A stretch of DNA of 64,000 bases, from contig NC_083409.1 in the NCBI RefSeq assembly GCF_020745735.1, positions 20,408,098 to 20,472,097 of the forward strand, read 5' to 3'. The notes below the pieces were generated by a model. That model made no database searches and was not told the DNA's origin. It saw only the letters and a list, made by a program, of their open reading frames with translations. The DNA comes from Hemiscyllium ocellatum (Eukaryota). Made by a program: the position numbers and the translations under genes. This document shows, one piece after another, positions 24,271 to 37,353 of this stretch; position 1 is the first letter of the stretch; each line of letters begins with the position of its first letter.

Positions 24271-24859
24271 TGCATTGGGAGCACAGTGCCCACTGCCTCT
24301 GAAATCCCTCCCTTACTGAGAATACACTCTCAGTATTCACCTTTCTCAGCTGCTATCTGAATTTACAATAAATTCTGTGGCCAATGATCCTGCCCCTCCA
24401 GCTACCTGATGAAGAAGCTGTGCTCTGAACGCTTCTACTTTCAAATAAACCTGTTTGACTCTCACCTGGTGTCGTTGGATTTTTTAACTTTGGCCATCTG
24501 AATGAGCTGCCATCTCAGACTGAATCAGCAGAACTGTTTTCCATTCATGATTTGAGAAGATTAAAGCCTAATCTTCAATCCCCAGCACAAAGCCCATTCT
24601 GAATCCATCGCTCGGAGACACATACCTCCGAGAGACACCTACAGACAGCACAGAGTAACACACTCACTCTGTGAGACAGGTAGCACTGAGGAATATGATC
24701 ACACTCCATGCTGTAGACAGGTGTCCCCGAATGTGGGTGCGTTACTGAACGCTGCCTGTAGGTGTCTCTCTGAGTAACAAATCCACACTGAGAGGGACCC
24801 CTCCAAGCAGCATTAAGTTAAACACTCACACTCAGAGAGGCACACATTCTAGATTAGAG

Positions 24860-25073
24860 TGGTGCTGGAAAAGCACCTTGGTTCAGGCAGCATCTGAAAA
24901 TCAACGTTTCAGGCAAAAGCCCTTCATCAAGAATAAAGCTCTATTCCTGATGAAGGGCTTTTGCCCGAAATGTCGATTTTCTTCCTCCTCAGATGCTGCC
25001 TGAACTGCTGTGCTTTTCCAGTACCACTCGAATCTAGAATCTGGTTTCCAGCATCTGCAGTCCTTGTTTTTAC
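24860..25073. mobile_element. Palindromic Penelope pLTR insertion specific to copy 1
   Basis: Inverted arms around 24935. Flanked by ctcagagag(g/a)cac near-duplicates. The site in copy 2 (~56100) is empty. Confidence 0.85.
24947..24974 (+). ncRNA. Minimal hammerhead ribozyme motif
   Basis: CUGAUGA-A-GGGC-UUUU-GCCC-GAAA-U-GUC. Confidence 0.6.
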
Positions 25074-25319
25074 CTCAGAGAGACACAGCTGACAATGTCA
25101 GTGATTGGCCGAAGATTGTTTCAGCAGCTACCCAAGATGCAGTAGAGATTGCACTGTGCGATCCCATCAGCTGGGCCTGGACCAACAGAGTGAAGAGGGA
25201 ATGCATCAGATTGTACTTATTGAGTCCTAACAGCTTTCAGTTTCTGTTCTTTTTGGAATCTTGTAATCTACATAAATTCCTGACCAAAGGGATCATATAA
25301 AAATGATTAATGATTGTAA

Positions 25320-25391
25320 TTGATTGACAGGCCAACCAGCCAATCTTGACAATGACCTGTTGAAATGCAGCCAATCAACTGAGGGGCGGGG
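25320..25391 (+). promoter_or_regulatory. Paired CCAAT boxes plus GC box just beyond the kappa poly(A) site
   Basis: CCAAT at 25340 and 25371 (31 bp apart) and GGGGCGGGG at 25383-25391. Conserved at ~56350-56407. Confidence 0.35.
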
Positions 25392-25440
25392 AAGGTCATC
25401 TATTTCCAAAGCACACAGAGACAGAGACTGAATCTTCATC

Positions 25441-25446
25441 TTTATT
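25441..25446 (-). terminator. Poly(A) signal of kappa C copy 1
   Basis: AATAAA on the minus strand ~530 nt after the stop, followed by a GU-rich element. Conserved at 56458-56463. Confidence 0.7.
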
Positions 25447-25973
25447 CCCTTTTCCACATTCACATTGACAGAAAATAAAACCCTGCAATTAACAGCCCAG
25501 ACAGAGGAAGCTGCACAAATTCACAGCCACAATGGAGTTTGAGGAAAACACTTGTGGAGATTTGCTCAATAACATGAGAATCCTGTCCCTTTAAACAGTG
25601 ACAAAACCTTAAATTGGAACTGACAGCTAAGCAGGAAGGAGATCTGGTTTACTGAAGCAGAGACTTCTGAGGTTCACATTGTTTTGTACAGCTGACAGTC
25701 TTCAGCAACTTCAAAAGATTTTACTTGGCATCACAAGTCAACTCTGTCCCACCAAGGACTCCCAGAACAGGGACAGCATGGGGTTTGACACAGTGTAAAG
25801 CTCCGTCGACACTGTCGCAGTGATCTGCTTTTACATCCAAACCCCAGAAGGTTCTCTGAGCAGCCCTGAGAAGGAAGAGAGTTGAAATTCAGTGCTGACA
25901 ACGACCTTTGTCCTGCCTGCTCAGTCCTGTTCTATTTAAAGTTGTGTCTCCTCTGTGGACTGTCTCCAACACT

Positions 25974-26302
25974 CTACACACATTCTGATTTACTGATGCC
26001 CTTGCTGAGGGGAGAGGGGAGGGTCACATGGGTGAGAGCGCAGGAGAAGCGAGCGTCGGACTCCCAGTCAGACCCAGAGAGGGTCAGCAGGCTACTGACA
26101 CTGTAGGTGCTGTCCGAAGCTCGCAGGTAGTTGCTGGTCTGAACCCCGTCCGAAATGACTGCACCGTCCTTCTTCCACTGCACCTCCAGCTCATCGGGAT
26201 AGAAGTGATTGGCAAGGCACACCAGGGTGGCAGTGCCCGTGTCATTGACCTGTTCCGGGGAGGGGGGAAGCAAGGTCAGCTTGGGCTGAGAGTTCTCACG
26301 GC
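25974..26302 (-). CDS. IGKC: Immunoglobulin light-chain constant exon, shark kappa (type III/NS4-like), intact
   Basis: Phase-1 acceptor gtttctcttgtctttcAG. 108 aa RENSQPKLTLLPPSPEQV...ATLVCLANHFYPD...WKKDG...FSCALTH...SKSECV*, with both C1-set cysteines, the conserved Trp and the penultimate interchain Cys. It closely resembles nurse shark NS4 C as I recall it. Confidence 0.92.
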
Positions 26303-28258
26303 CTGAAAGACAAGAGAAACAATTTTCATCCCTGCCATTTGAAGGGAATTCAACCCTCACAATATTCACTGGCAATACAATCTTTTTGAACATTTGTAGT
26401 CAATACCTAACAAACCAGACAAAAGAACAGACACTGTTCAAATTGCTTCTTGGGATCTGAGTGTCACTGGCAGGGCCAACATTCATTACCGTCCCTAGTT
26501 GCCCCTGAGAAGGTGATGGTGAAGCAGCAGAGAGAGAAGGGACAATTTTGGACCATCGGTTATGGAATGAATGTGGGCATCTGGAAGGGCTATTGATGGG
26601 GATCATTTTAGTGACAGTGATGAGAACTCAGGGAGATTGAGAGTAGGGATGGAAATGGAGAACCATGGAGCAAGTGTAAAAGTTTTCATTTTACTAAACT
26701 GTGCGGTGCTTTGGTAAAAGTGGATCAGAACCAATGACATGATGGGAAATCAGTGTCAGGGCAGTGGGATCCTTCGAAGGATGAGATAGAGATCGTTCAG
26801 AATCTGTTCCCACAATGAGTAAGGGTGGGACTCCCAGATCTAGACCAAATGAACAAGAGGATTGGGGTTCACGTACTGACGTGGATTGGGAACTGCTTGG
26901 CAGGCAGCACAGAAAGAATGAGTCTTTTTCTGAATGGCAGGTAATTACAACTTAGGGTGCCACAGGGGTCAGCCCTTGGTACCCAGTTATTCATAATATA
27001 TAATAATAGGGTCATAGGGACCCAAAAGGCCCATTAGCCCATTGTGTCCATACTGGTCAAAAAACAACAACCCAATAATTGTCATCTATTTTTCCAGCAA
27101 AAGGGAATTAGATGCAATGTGTATTTATGAAGGAATTAGATATAGTTCTTAGGATTAAAGGGATCAAAGAATATGGGGAGAAAGTAGGAACAGGGGACTG
27201 TGTTGGATGAACAGCCATGATCATATTGAATGGTGGAGAAGGGTTGAAGGGCCGAATGGCCTACTGCTGCTCCTGTGTTTGATGTTTCTATCTGTATCGC
27301 AGATAATGAAGGAATGTCTCTCATCAATTGAAGCCGGAAGTCAGATGTGTGTGGAGGTGGAAAATGTGGCCATGGTGACTAATGAATGCAGGTCAGTGAG
27401 GTGGTTCAGAAGACACATGGGAGAAACTGTTTTACTTTTTCCCTTGATGGAATGAGGGCATTGCTGGATTTATTGTCCATTCCTAATTACCCAGAGGGCA
27501 GTTTAGAGTCACCCACATTGCTGTGGGTCTGGGGTCACATGGTAAGGATGGCAGTTTCCTTCCCTAAAGGACATAAGGGAATCAGATGCTTTTTCCTGAC
27601 AATCAATGATGGTTTCATGGTCATCATTAGTCTCTTAATTGCAGATTTTTTTTTGATTGAAATTGAATGCCACCATCTACTGGATTCTAACCCTGGTCCC
27701 CAGAACATTACCTGGATCTCTGGATTAACAGCTCAGCAATAACACCATTAGACCATCACCTCCCTTATCTCATTTTTGGTTGACTGTGAAAGCAAGGAGT
27801 TTGTTTATTCTGGAACCGTATAAAACCCCAGTTAGAGCACAGTGAGAGAACTGTGTACGGTTCTGGTCACCACATTACAGGAAGGATGTGATCCCTCGAG
27901 AGACCTGGACAGAGGAAGTGTTTGTGTGGAATGGGGACTTTGAGCTTTGAGGAATGGTTGGATTGGCTGGGAGTGTTTTCATTGGAACAGAGGTGGCTGA
28001 GGGGAGATTTGATGGTGGTGTGTAAAATGATGAGGGGCCTGGACAGAGTGGGTAGGAAGGACTGATTTCCACCAGCACAGAGGGCAATAACCCTGGGGAG
28101 AGATTGGAATCAGTTGGTTGCAGGATTAGAGGGGAGTTGAGGGTAATTGTTTTCACCCAGACACTGGTGGGATGTGGGACTCACTGTCTGAAAGAGTGCT
28201 TTTCAAGTAATAATGGAGATTCACAAGGAAGCACAATTTAAAACAATGGAACAATTTA

Positions 28259-28418
28259 CAGAGGAACCTCGATTACCCGAGCGACATGGGTAAGGAGTGT
28301 TTTGTTTGGATAATTGAAATCCGGGTAATACAGTTTAGCCAAACATTGGGATCTTACAATGTAGTTCGGATGATCCGAAATTCAGATAATCAAATGCCAG
28401 ATAATCGAGGCTCCTCTG
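28259..28418. mobile_element. Tigger/pogo-like MITE
   Basis: TIRs CAGAGGAACCTCGATTA / TAATCGAGGCTCCTCTG, with TA on the left flank and CA on the right. Confidence 0.8.
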
Positions 28419-30162
28419 CATGTAGGTTAATCAAATATCCTATACATCAAAGAAGTTTAATATTTTAAACAATTAGATCTGATACTCTGCTTGGTCTTTT
28501 GCTGTTCTCTGTCAATTGAGGCCTTCAGGGCAATGAATAAAATTTATTGACATGAGAATGTGTGGAAGGGTTGATAATTCAGGAAATTAGTTGGTTCTGA
28601 ATTGATTTAGACAAATAAAGAGGATCAGAATGGAAGCAATATGATATAATATAATGTGCAGACTACACCCAAAGGGTATTTCATCACGACTGTGCCACTT
28701 ATTTTAAGAGCAGGAAAGTGCAGTCACTGACCAGATAGCAGTTGTGTAGCCTGAGACAGTAGATTGTGGGTTCAAATCCCACCAGAGACTTGAGCAGATA
28801 ATCCAGGTACTCCAGGTAGTTCTTCCATAACACAATGGTTGCATTGCTGTCCAAACCCCATGATATAGAAAAACATCACATTTTAGAAACAGCACTTAAA
28901 GTCTTCGTGATGTAATCGGCCAACACATGTTTCAAAGTTAGTGCTTTAGAAACAGTGTTCCCAATTTGTCAATCATATTATAGCAAATTTGTGTTAATAA
29001 AATGCACATTATAGCAGAATGACCTGTACAGTACTGAGGGTGTACTGCACTATTTTGAAGTTGGTGTCCTTCAGATGAGACGGATGCAGAAGACCTCAGC
29101 ATTCTGGTCAATGTTTATTTCAACAGAATATTCTATTCAACAATTTGCTATTTTAATAAATCTAATATTCTCAAATTGTATTTTGCATTTGGTATTTCAT
29201 AAACTACAAAGTGTTTCACTGGCTGTAAGCCACATAAAGAATGTCCCATGATTGTAAAAAGTGCCTTTAAAACAAGTTTTCTTTTCTTTTCTGAAGTTGC
29301 ACAGATCAATACCAGACAACAGACACAGGCCCTGTTGTACGATTACACACAACACTGTGAGATTGTTGCACACCACCGAGCTGAAGTGTTCTGCAACTGA
29401 TCAATCTCCAAGCTGTAGGGAACGGGTTCAACTTAGTCAGAAAAGGTAAGAAAATCCATCCAGTGATTCTCCTTTGCCAAGTGCACTCCTGTGGGATGGA
29501 TCAGCCCTCTGATTCCTTCTCTAATTTGCCTGGCAACACATGATAAAGGCTCAGAAACAAAAAGTGATTATTTGGCCAAATTCTCAGTCAGAATATGGAG
29601 AACAGGGAAGAAAATTGAGAAAATAAATGTCCATTCCAAGAGAAAGAAATTGAGATCGGGTCAACACCTTACAGGAATAATCATCTTTCTACATTAAAAA
29701 GGTTATGATGGCACATTTCATTTTCTAGATACTTCTGGGTTCAGATACAGTCTGACATTTTCAAACACTAACCCTGCCAACTTGAAAACTTCAAAGATAT
29801 TTCTGACACTACAAATGAGTCAGCACCTTAGGCACATCACCTCCACACACGCTCTCTGACTTGCTCCTTCATCACTGGTAGCTCTATTTAATCCCAAATC
29901 ACCTACCACCATCACAAGGGCCACAGCTGTTCAAAAAGATGGCCCATCTTATCGGGATGACTGCCTGTTAAGTGAAACCGTGCCAAAACTGCACATGTCT
30001 GAGAACTCTAAATACTGCAACAGAATGAGAAACCAGTAGACTGCTGAGACTGAAATTTACATCAGTTGACAGGAAGAAGCTGAAGAAAACCAGAGGCGAA
30101 ACACCATCAGTACACTACAACCAAAAGATACTCCACTCCACACATTGCCGAATTTCTACAGA

Positions 30163-30430
30163 GTTATAAAACATACGACACCAGGTTGTAGTCCAACAAG
30201 TTTACTTGGAAGTACTGTACTAGCTTTCAGAGTGCTGCTCCTTCATCAGCTAGCTGCAGACCAGGATCATAACATCCTGTGTCTTATGATCCTGCTTGAC
30301 AATGACCTGATGAAGGAGAAGCACTCTGAAAGCTAGTACTGTACTTGCAAGTAAACCTGCTGGACTACAACCTGGTGTTGTGTGATTTTTAACTTTGTCC
30401 ACCCCAGTCCAATACCAGCACCTCCACATT
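30163..30430. mobile_element. Palindromic Penelope-type pLTR element with a hammerhead motif on each strand
   Basis: ~85-bp inverted arms. CTGATGA-A-GGAG...CTCT-GAAAG-CTA at 30307-30335 (+) and 30221-30249 (-). Confidence 0.8.
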
Positions 30431-31591
30431 ATAAATTTCATTCGATGCTAGGACAAAAACCATAACCCTTACTTAAGTCTCGGAACAAAGATGACATCTT
30501 TGGAAACTTCCAGAAATATCTGATATAAACATCACTTAAAAGAATCTTGACCTAATATACACAAGAGTGTTGATTCAATGCAAAGTTGACAAATCTAGTT
30601 TGGGAAAATGAAAAACATCATAGAGAATTTTAAATTTCTTTCATTTGCTATGATTCCATTTTTACAAATAGTTATTCCCATCTATTTGAATAAACATTCA
30701 AACACATGGATGAAGATTCTAAAAGACCAAGCACGCTGCCAGGGAGCCTCAATAAATGCTGAAACCCTCCATGAGAGTCCATGTAAATACCAAATACCAA
30801 CACATTCTCAGGGACATTTTTAAAATGCTGACACCCCAGCAACACTGAAAACATTCCAGAAAACAGATAGGAAATAATAAACTTCCCAAAACGTATCCCA
30901 TGAATACTAAACACACCCATATGCCCCTGGCAATACCAAACACTTTCCCAGGGTCACCACTTTGAAAACTCTGCCATCCCTTATGTAAGAACACCTGTCT
31001 TCCCCACCCGTTCTGGTCTCCATATGTCTCCAAGCCCACAGCAACATGGTTGGCTCTTCAGTCTGAAGTAGCCAAGTAAGCCACCTAGTTCTTCCATAAA
31101 CTGCTGGGGAAGGTAAATAATAAAACCTAACACACCATGTAATAACAATCAAAGAACCAGAAATAACAGCGATATATCCATCCCAGACAACTCTGCAAAG
31201 TTCTCCTTACTCATATTCAGGGATTGTGTCTAATTGCCCCACAGAACACTCAAGATTCAGCCTGACATAGTCACACCCAATTTACAGCCAATGTTGCACA
31301 CTCCTCCTTAGCAGGACAGACTCAGCAGAGGTAGTGGCAGTATCATACAATTGGGAGTGAGTTGCTCTGGGAGACTTCAATATTGACTTCAGATTCCATA
31401 AGGTCTGAGGGCATCAGGTCAACCATGGACAACTTCCTGCTGATTCCCGCCACCCCCTAACTGGTGAATCAGTATTCCATGTTGAGGAAGTGGTGAGGAT
31501 GGCAAGGGCTCAGAATGTACTCTAAGTATATGACTTCAGTTTTCATCTCCAAAAATACTTCCATAGCAGCACTAATGGCCAGGTTGGTGCA

Positions 31592-31914
31592 GGGCGGCAC
31601 GGTGGCACAGTGGTTAGCACTGCTGCCTCACAGCGCCTGAAGACCCGGGTTCAATTCCCGACTCAGGCGACTGACTGTGTGGAGTTTGCACATTCTCCCC
31701 GTGTCTGCGTGGGTTTCCTCCGGGTACTCCGGTTTCCTCCCACAGTCCAAAGATGTGCGGGTCAGGTGAATTGGCCATGCTAAATTGCCCGTAGTGTTAG
31801 GTAAGGGGTAAATATAAGGGTATGGGTATGGGTGGGTTGCGCTTCGGTGGGTCGGTGTGGACTTGTTGGGCCGAAGGGCCTGTTTCCACACTGTAAGTAA
31901 TCTAATCTAATCTA
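31592..31914 (+). mobile_element. Full-length young HE1-type (V-SINE) tRNA-derived SINE
   Basis: A box tggcacagtgg, B box ggttcaattcc, V-SINE core and (TCTAA)n tail. Confidence 0.92.
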
Positions 31915-33844
31915 AATTTGGTAGATTTGGTCTGCAGCACATAGTAACAAAACCAATGGGGAAAATAACCAACTTAACTCCATCCTTCTCTGATACTTAT
32001 GAAGGGATAAGAGGACACTGCAATAGCAATAAGGCTTGAAAACATATTAACTATACGATTGGTGGTTTGTGCTCCAGAATGAGTCATATCTCTTGGCAAT
32101 CTGTTTAAATGCAGCAACAACACTGACAACTACTAACAATGTGTAAATTTACCCAGGTTAATCCTGCCCTCAAAATGGAGGAATGTCCAAAGTATTCAAA
32201 CGTTGCTCCATCTGTCTCTGCTTAACCTTCAGCAAAATGGTTGATCATCATTAACAATGCAATGAAGAAATACATTCCCCAATAAAACGGTGACTGATGC
32301 CCAGTTTGGCTTCTGTCAGGGCCATTCAGCTCCAATCCTCATTACATCCAATAATTGGGCTGACATTACGGGAGCTTTTGGTGAAGTATGATATCAAGGA
32401 GTGTTAGAAAAATTGAAACCAATGGAATTAGGAAATAGTTGTGCCTGTTGCAGGTTCAAACACCTCAGTCCCAGGGCATTGTCCTAGATCCAATCATCTT
32501 CAGAGTCCTTTTCTCCATAAGGTCTGAAATGGGGATGCTTCATGACTCACACTGTTGAATCCCATTCATAATTCCTCAGCTGTATTCCGAGTCACTATCA
32601 GTAAAACCTGAACAACATTCTAGAAGTCTTGGGCTGATAGGTTAGAAATAACATTGGTGACAAACAGTGCCAGACAATGACCAAAACATAGGATCCAGTC
32701 ATCTCCCCTCATCATTCACGACATTACCATCGTTGAATCCCACTAACAGTATCCTGGAGGATGTCACCATTTACCAGAAATGGAACTGGATTAGCCAAAT
32801 AAACAAGGTTTACAGGAGGCTGTGAACTCTGTGCGAAGTAATTTACCTCCTGACTCGGCAAAGTCTGATGCAAAAAGTACAAGTCAGGATGCTTCAGAAG
32901 GAATTAATTCTGCTTTCTCTCCACAGATGCTGCCAGACCTGCTAGAGTTTAAGAAATTTCTGTTTTGTTTCCACATCAGGATGTCTGGATGAATGCAGCT
33001 TGGGGAAGAAGGCACTAAGTACAGTAAATCCCTCTGTCACACTGACAACTCAATGCTCTTCCAATTACATAGCTCTTCTTTGAGGTTTTCCCCTGCTTGG
33101 TTGAAAATTGAAAAAAAAATTCTAATAATAGTTTTGTCTCACTGAGAAAGCTTCAGTCCAACCTACATCCTACAATCTGCTCTGAAAACTCTGCTCACAT
33201 TTTGATAAAGTGCAACGCAGTTGCTGAAATATTCCACAACAAAAGTAACACACACAATATTCTTAAACAATGAATTCACTATTTTCCATGTTGACAGATC
33301 CATTAAAATTCCAGATACAAATTCAGATCATTGCCAAGAAGTCCAGTCCTTCCTTGGGCCAAAATATATTGTCTACTACATTTTGTTGAAACAAATGTGA
33401 TTGTTTTTGAGATGTATTGCCTGCCGAAAAACAGGAATTATTACAAAAAATATTTCAAGAAGTTGAAATCAAGGACAATGTAGCACCCAATGGCACCCAA
33501 TATAAGCCTTTTATATTCCTCAGTCACTGTTGCACAATGCCAGCAGTTCAGCAACCTATCAAGGCTTGTGTCTCAACACTATCCAAACTCCTGACCTCCA
33601 CCTATGAAAGCAAAGATAACAAGTACATTGGAGCTCCCCTCCAAACCATGTACCACCAAAATTTGAAATTATAAAGACATTCCTTCACTGTCATTTGGTC
33701 AAACATCTGCAAAGTTCACCCTAACTGCAATTCAAAACTCACCACATTACGAAACACAATCAATGAAGAGTAATAAATGCTGTTATGCTTGCAATACTTG
33801 TGTCATGAATGACCAAAAAATAATAAGACATAGAATAAACAGAC

Positions 33845-34382
33845 CAGGGGTGGGGAACCTGCGGCCTTCCAGGCCATTGTGTGTGGCCTTTTGAATGAAT
33901 CCAAATTTTGCAGAACAAATCTTTTATTTTTTTATTAATTTTTTTTCATCCTTTATTGTTTTATTTTAATCTTAACATGAATGTATTTAAAATACCAGAG
34001 AGTAAAAGAAAATTCAGCAAAATAATCCTCACAGATTGACCGCCACAATAAAAAAATTGGTAAGTCATAAGGGCTATTTCGACACCTGCTATGCTCATGA
34101 TTTAGTTATAATGCGTTTGTAGATTGTACGTTATCTTCCCTGCCTGACTGGAGCCACTTCTGCCTGAGGCTGGTTGGCGAGAGCCTGTGTGTATCCAGTA
34201 CACCAGTGTTTATCAACTGATGACAACAGTGCACGTGGCTTTCCATTTGAAGTGAAATTTGAGAATAGTTACACAGTTTAACAGTATCACCATTTATACA
34301 ATTGAAGTCTCCTGGATGAGACCTTATTACATTACAACTAACATTATGTGGCCTTCCAACATAAAAAGGTTCCCCACCTCTG
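33845..34382. mobile_element. hAT (Charlie-like) MITE, 538 bp
   Basis: 16-bp TIRs CAGGGGTGGGGAACCT / AGGTTCCCCACCTCTG (one mismatch). Perfect 8-bp TSD AAACAGAC at 33837-33844 and 34383-34390. Confidence 0.93.
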
Positions 34383-35335
34383 AAACAGACCATTCAACCC
34401 AAGTTCACTTCACCTTTCAGTAAGCTTATGGGTTATCTGATAATCTGCAACTCCACTTTCCTGCCTGTTCACATAACCTTCTATTTTCTTACTGGACAAA
34501 AATTAATTTTAGCTTTGAATATGTTTAGCTTCCCAGCCCTGACAATCTTGTGGTAAAGAATTCCACAGATTCACTATCCTGAGAAGGAACTCCTCCTAAC
34601 TGGTTTCAAATGAGCGACCCCTTACTCTGAGTTTATGCCCTCTGGCCCTAGACTTTATCACAAAGGTGAAATACTCTCTCAGCATCTACCCTGTCAAGTC
34701 TTCTAAGAATTCCTTATGTGTCAATCAGGTTCCCTCTCATTCTTTTAAACTCCAATCAATACGAGTCTAACTTATTCAACCTGTCATAAGAAAATCCCTC
34801 CATACACAGAATTAACAGTGAACTTTCTCTGGATTATCTCAAATACCAGTATATTTTTCCTCAGATAAGGGGATCAAACTCTTCATGGTATAATTTTAGC
34901 AAGACCTCTCTATTTTTACACACTGCTCCCTTTGAAATAAAGACCAACAGCACTTTGCCTTCACTATTACCTGCTGAGCTCAGCCTCTCAATTTACATGA
35001 ATTAATTTTGAGTGAATCAGCCACCAGAAGAATAATTCCATCTGAATAACAGTAGAAATAGGTTAGCAAATGCAAAGACCATGAACTCATCACAAAGCAG
35101 GCACCAGAACAGCATCAAACATGAAGCACCTTTCCATCGTAGATCTGTATGTTTCCTTCTTGTTGGGAAACAAATAATTTGGCTTTTTTATTGAAGTGGG
35201 GGGTGGAAATCTAGCAAATCAGATATTGCTGACGGAATCACGGATGACCTATGTAGAAAGGGATCTGAACCACTGTAAGTCAGAATAGGTGAGAACATCA
35301 GGTTTCCATCCTTTAAAGACATGATTAAACTATTT

Positions 35336-35891
35336 GTTGCAACAATGCATATGCCTGCACAATCATGTGTTTGGAGGAGCTCATAGATACTTTAAATGCA
35401 ATGGTGCAAACCTCGGGCTGCTAGTCTAGAAAACAAAGTAACTAGTATGGAATATATGGAAGTTAATTTGGCAGTTATGTCATTAACTTCGTGGAGTAAT
35501 GCATGTATCGGGTCATGTAACAGGGCTCAGGTAACAGATAATGGTAGCACACTCTGATAGGCTAGTTAAATCACACGATAGATGAGCTAATGTTAAAGAT
35601 GATGGTGGTGCAATGTGATAGGTTAAGTGTAAGCGGTAGACCAGTGTGTCAGGCGATGATTAGTTTAGAGAGACAAAGCAAGCTAGTATGATTGGTTATG
35701 CTAATGCGATCAGATTAGTGTAGAAACTAGGAAAGTATAAACTGGAGAGACTCCAGGAGGAGGGTGAGCAGAAAGGACAGACAGTTTTTGATTGCCACAG
35801 CTTGTATTTGCAAATAAAAGTTTAACTTCATGAAGGATTTTCTGCATCTCCTGGTAATTTTCTTAGAGTAGTGGGTGTTCTTTCCACCACA
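35336..35891 (+). mobile_element. Probable solo LTR
   Basis: TG...CA ends, TATA-like GTATAAA at ~35735 and AATAAA at ~35813. No clear TSD. Confidence 0.4.
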
Positions 35892-36144
35892 ACCCTCACA
35901 ATCTCAGTCTCTTGTTTAAAATCTAGAATGAATCATTAATCTCTGGGACAATGTCCTCTTTGGCAACATTGAGTGTGAAGGTCAATGACACTGTCATTGT
36001 GACTTGATCTGGTTTGTCTCCAGTTAGTTTGTGCTTTTGTTCCGGGCCCAGACAGGACTGACCAAACTGAGAGGGGAGGGAGATGCAATAACATCCTCAG
36101 ACAGAAAGAATACTCCCAGCAAGGGAGAGAGAGCATTAAAAGGG

Positions 36145-36310
36145 AGACCCCTCAAAGAGTGGGAACGGCAACAGCAACGCTCCCCAAAGCGGGAGAGGAG
36201 ACAGTAACAGCGAGACCGCCTGGGGAGGGAAAGGGGACTGTAACTGCGATGCTCCCCAAAGAGAGAGAGGGGACAGGAACAGTGACACTCCTCAGGATGG
36301 GGAGGTCAGG
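36145..36310. repeat. Degenerate ~35-bp minisatellite
   Basis: Recurring tccccaaag...ggg(g)aca(g)taacag units. Confidence 0.6.
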
Positions 36311-37353
36311 AATTGCTTGTTCCCCACTTTCTCGCTGTGCTGTAATGTATGTTTCTGGGAAATTAGATTGTTTTATATTTTCACAGTAGACGAGGTGATT
36401 CACTAAAAAGTATTCCAATTCCATATTTCCTATCACAGCAGATCCATTGAAGGTCATGCTTTCATTTGGAGGTTGCCCAGTTTTCTGTCCAGGCTGATGC
36501 AGCATGATCTACCAGTGCTGCTCCTATTGGGCTAAACCATCACACACGAGGGAATCTGACGGGCACTTTCTCTTTGTGCTGGCAAAGGGAGAGATTTGCC
36601 TTTACTGCAATGGTGGGCAAAGAAATGAGTCAGTGGAGGTAGTTCCAGCTGAATATCATGTTCTGATGTTCATGATGGGATTAACCTTGACAGTTCCCAT
36701 TTGCTTTAAACACCGACAGTGGAACAGGAAGTCACCACGCAGTGGTCTCCTGGCTCACACTGAGAAATCAAGTTGATGGTATAACTGCAGAGAGCAAGGC
36801 ACTGGCTTGGACTCACCGAACAACCAGAGGCTTCAACCAACAACTGGGTCACAGGCAAATGGCGTGTTGTATAAACTCTCAGAATCTCAGGGAACAAACA
36901 CAACTACTGAGCTACAAAACTGAACAGGATATTTTTATTGCCGATTAGCATTCCAAAAATCAATTTGAAACATAACGTTTATAAAACCTGGGTGCAATCT
37001 CATTTCAAATATAGCTACAAATACTACAGCCTTTTCTTTGAATGCTAGACGATAGTGAGATGAGAATTCAAACACCCACCCAGCCCTTCACTCCGTGTTG
37101 AAGACGCACTGTCCTCATTTGCAAATGTCTCAATAACACGTAAGGAGAGAGAAATATTGAAAACAGTATTATCATGAGAACATGTCCATTAAAAACGAGT
37201 ACCATGATGTTAAATTATTTCAGCCATAGACAACACTGATGCATGTATGTCATTAACTTGTTAAACAATATCAAAAAGTCTGTGATCAGAAAGAGAAAAA
37301 AGACAAAATGCAGATTGTTGTACAGGCCCCGACACCTGAGCCTGAGGCAGGAG

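Larger units (their letters stand above)
17352..28194. repeat. Segmental duplication copy 1 (CTCF site, enhancer-like module, Penelope element, Ig kappa C)
   Basis: Colinear with 47224-58595 throughout, with copy-specific insertions. Confidence 0.95.

Noticed and set aside
29410-29450. J-like VGNGFNLVRK followed by a GTAAG donor
   Set aside because: Wrong strand for the kappa C, lacks FGxGT, and the nearby CACTGTG (29353) has no nonamer at 12 or 23 bp.
30453-30461. Perfect RSS nonamer ACAAAAACC
   Set aside because: No heptamer at 12 or 23 bp; the upstream sequence is a Penelope end.
31592-31670. tRNA-like sequence
   Set aside because: It is the tRNA-derived head of an HE1 SINE, continuous with the SINE body and tail; the same applies at ~42190-42270.
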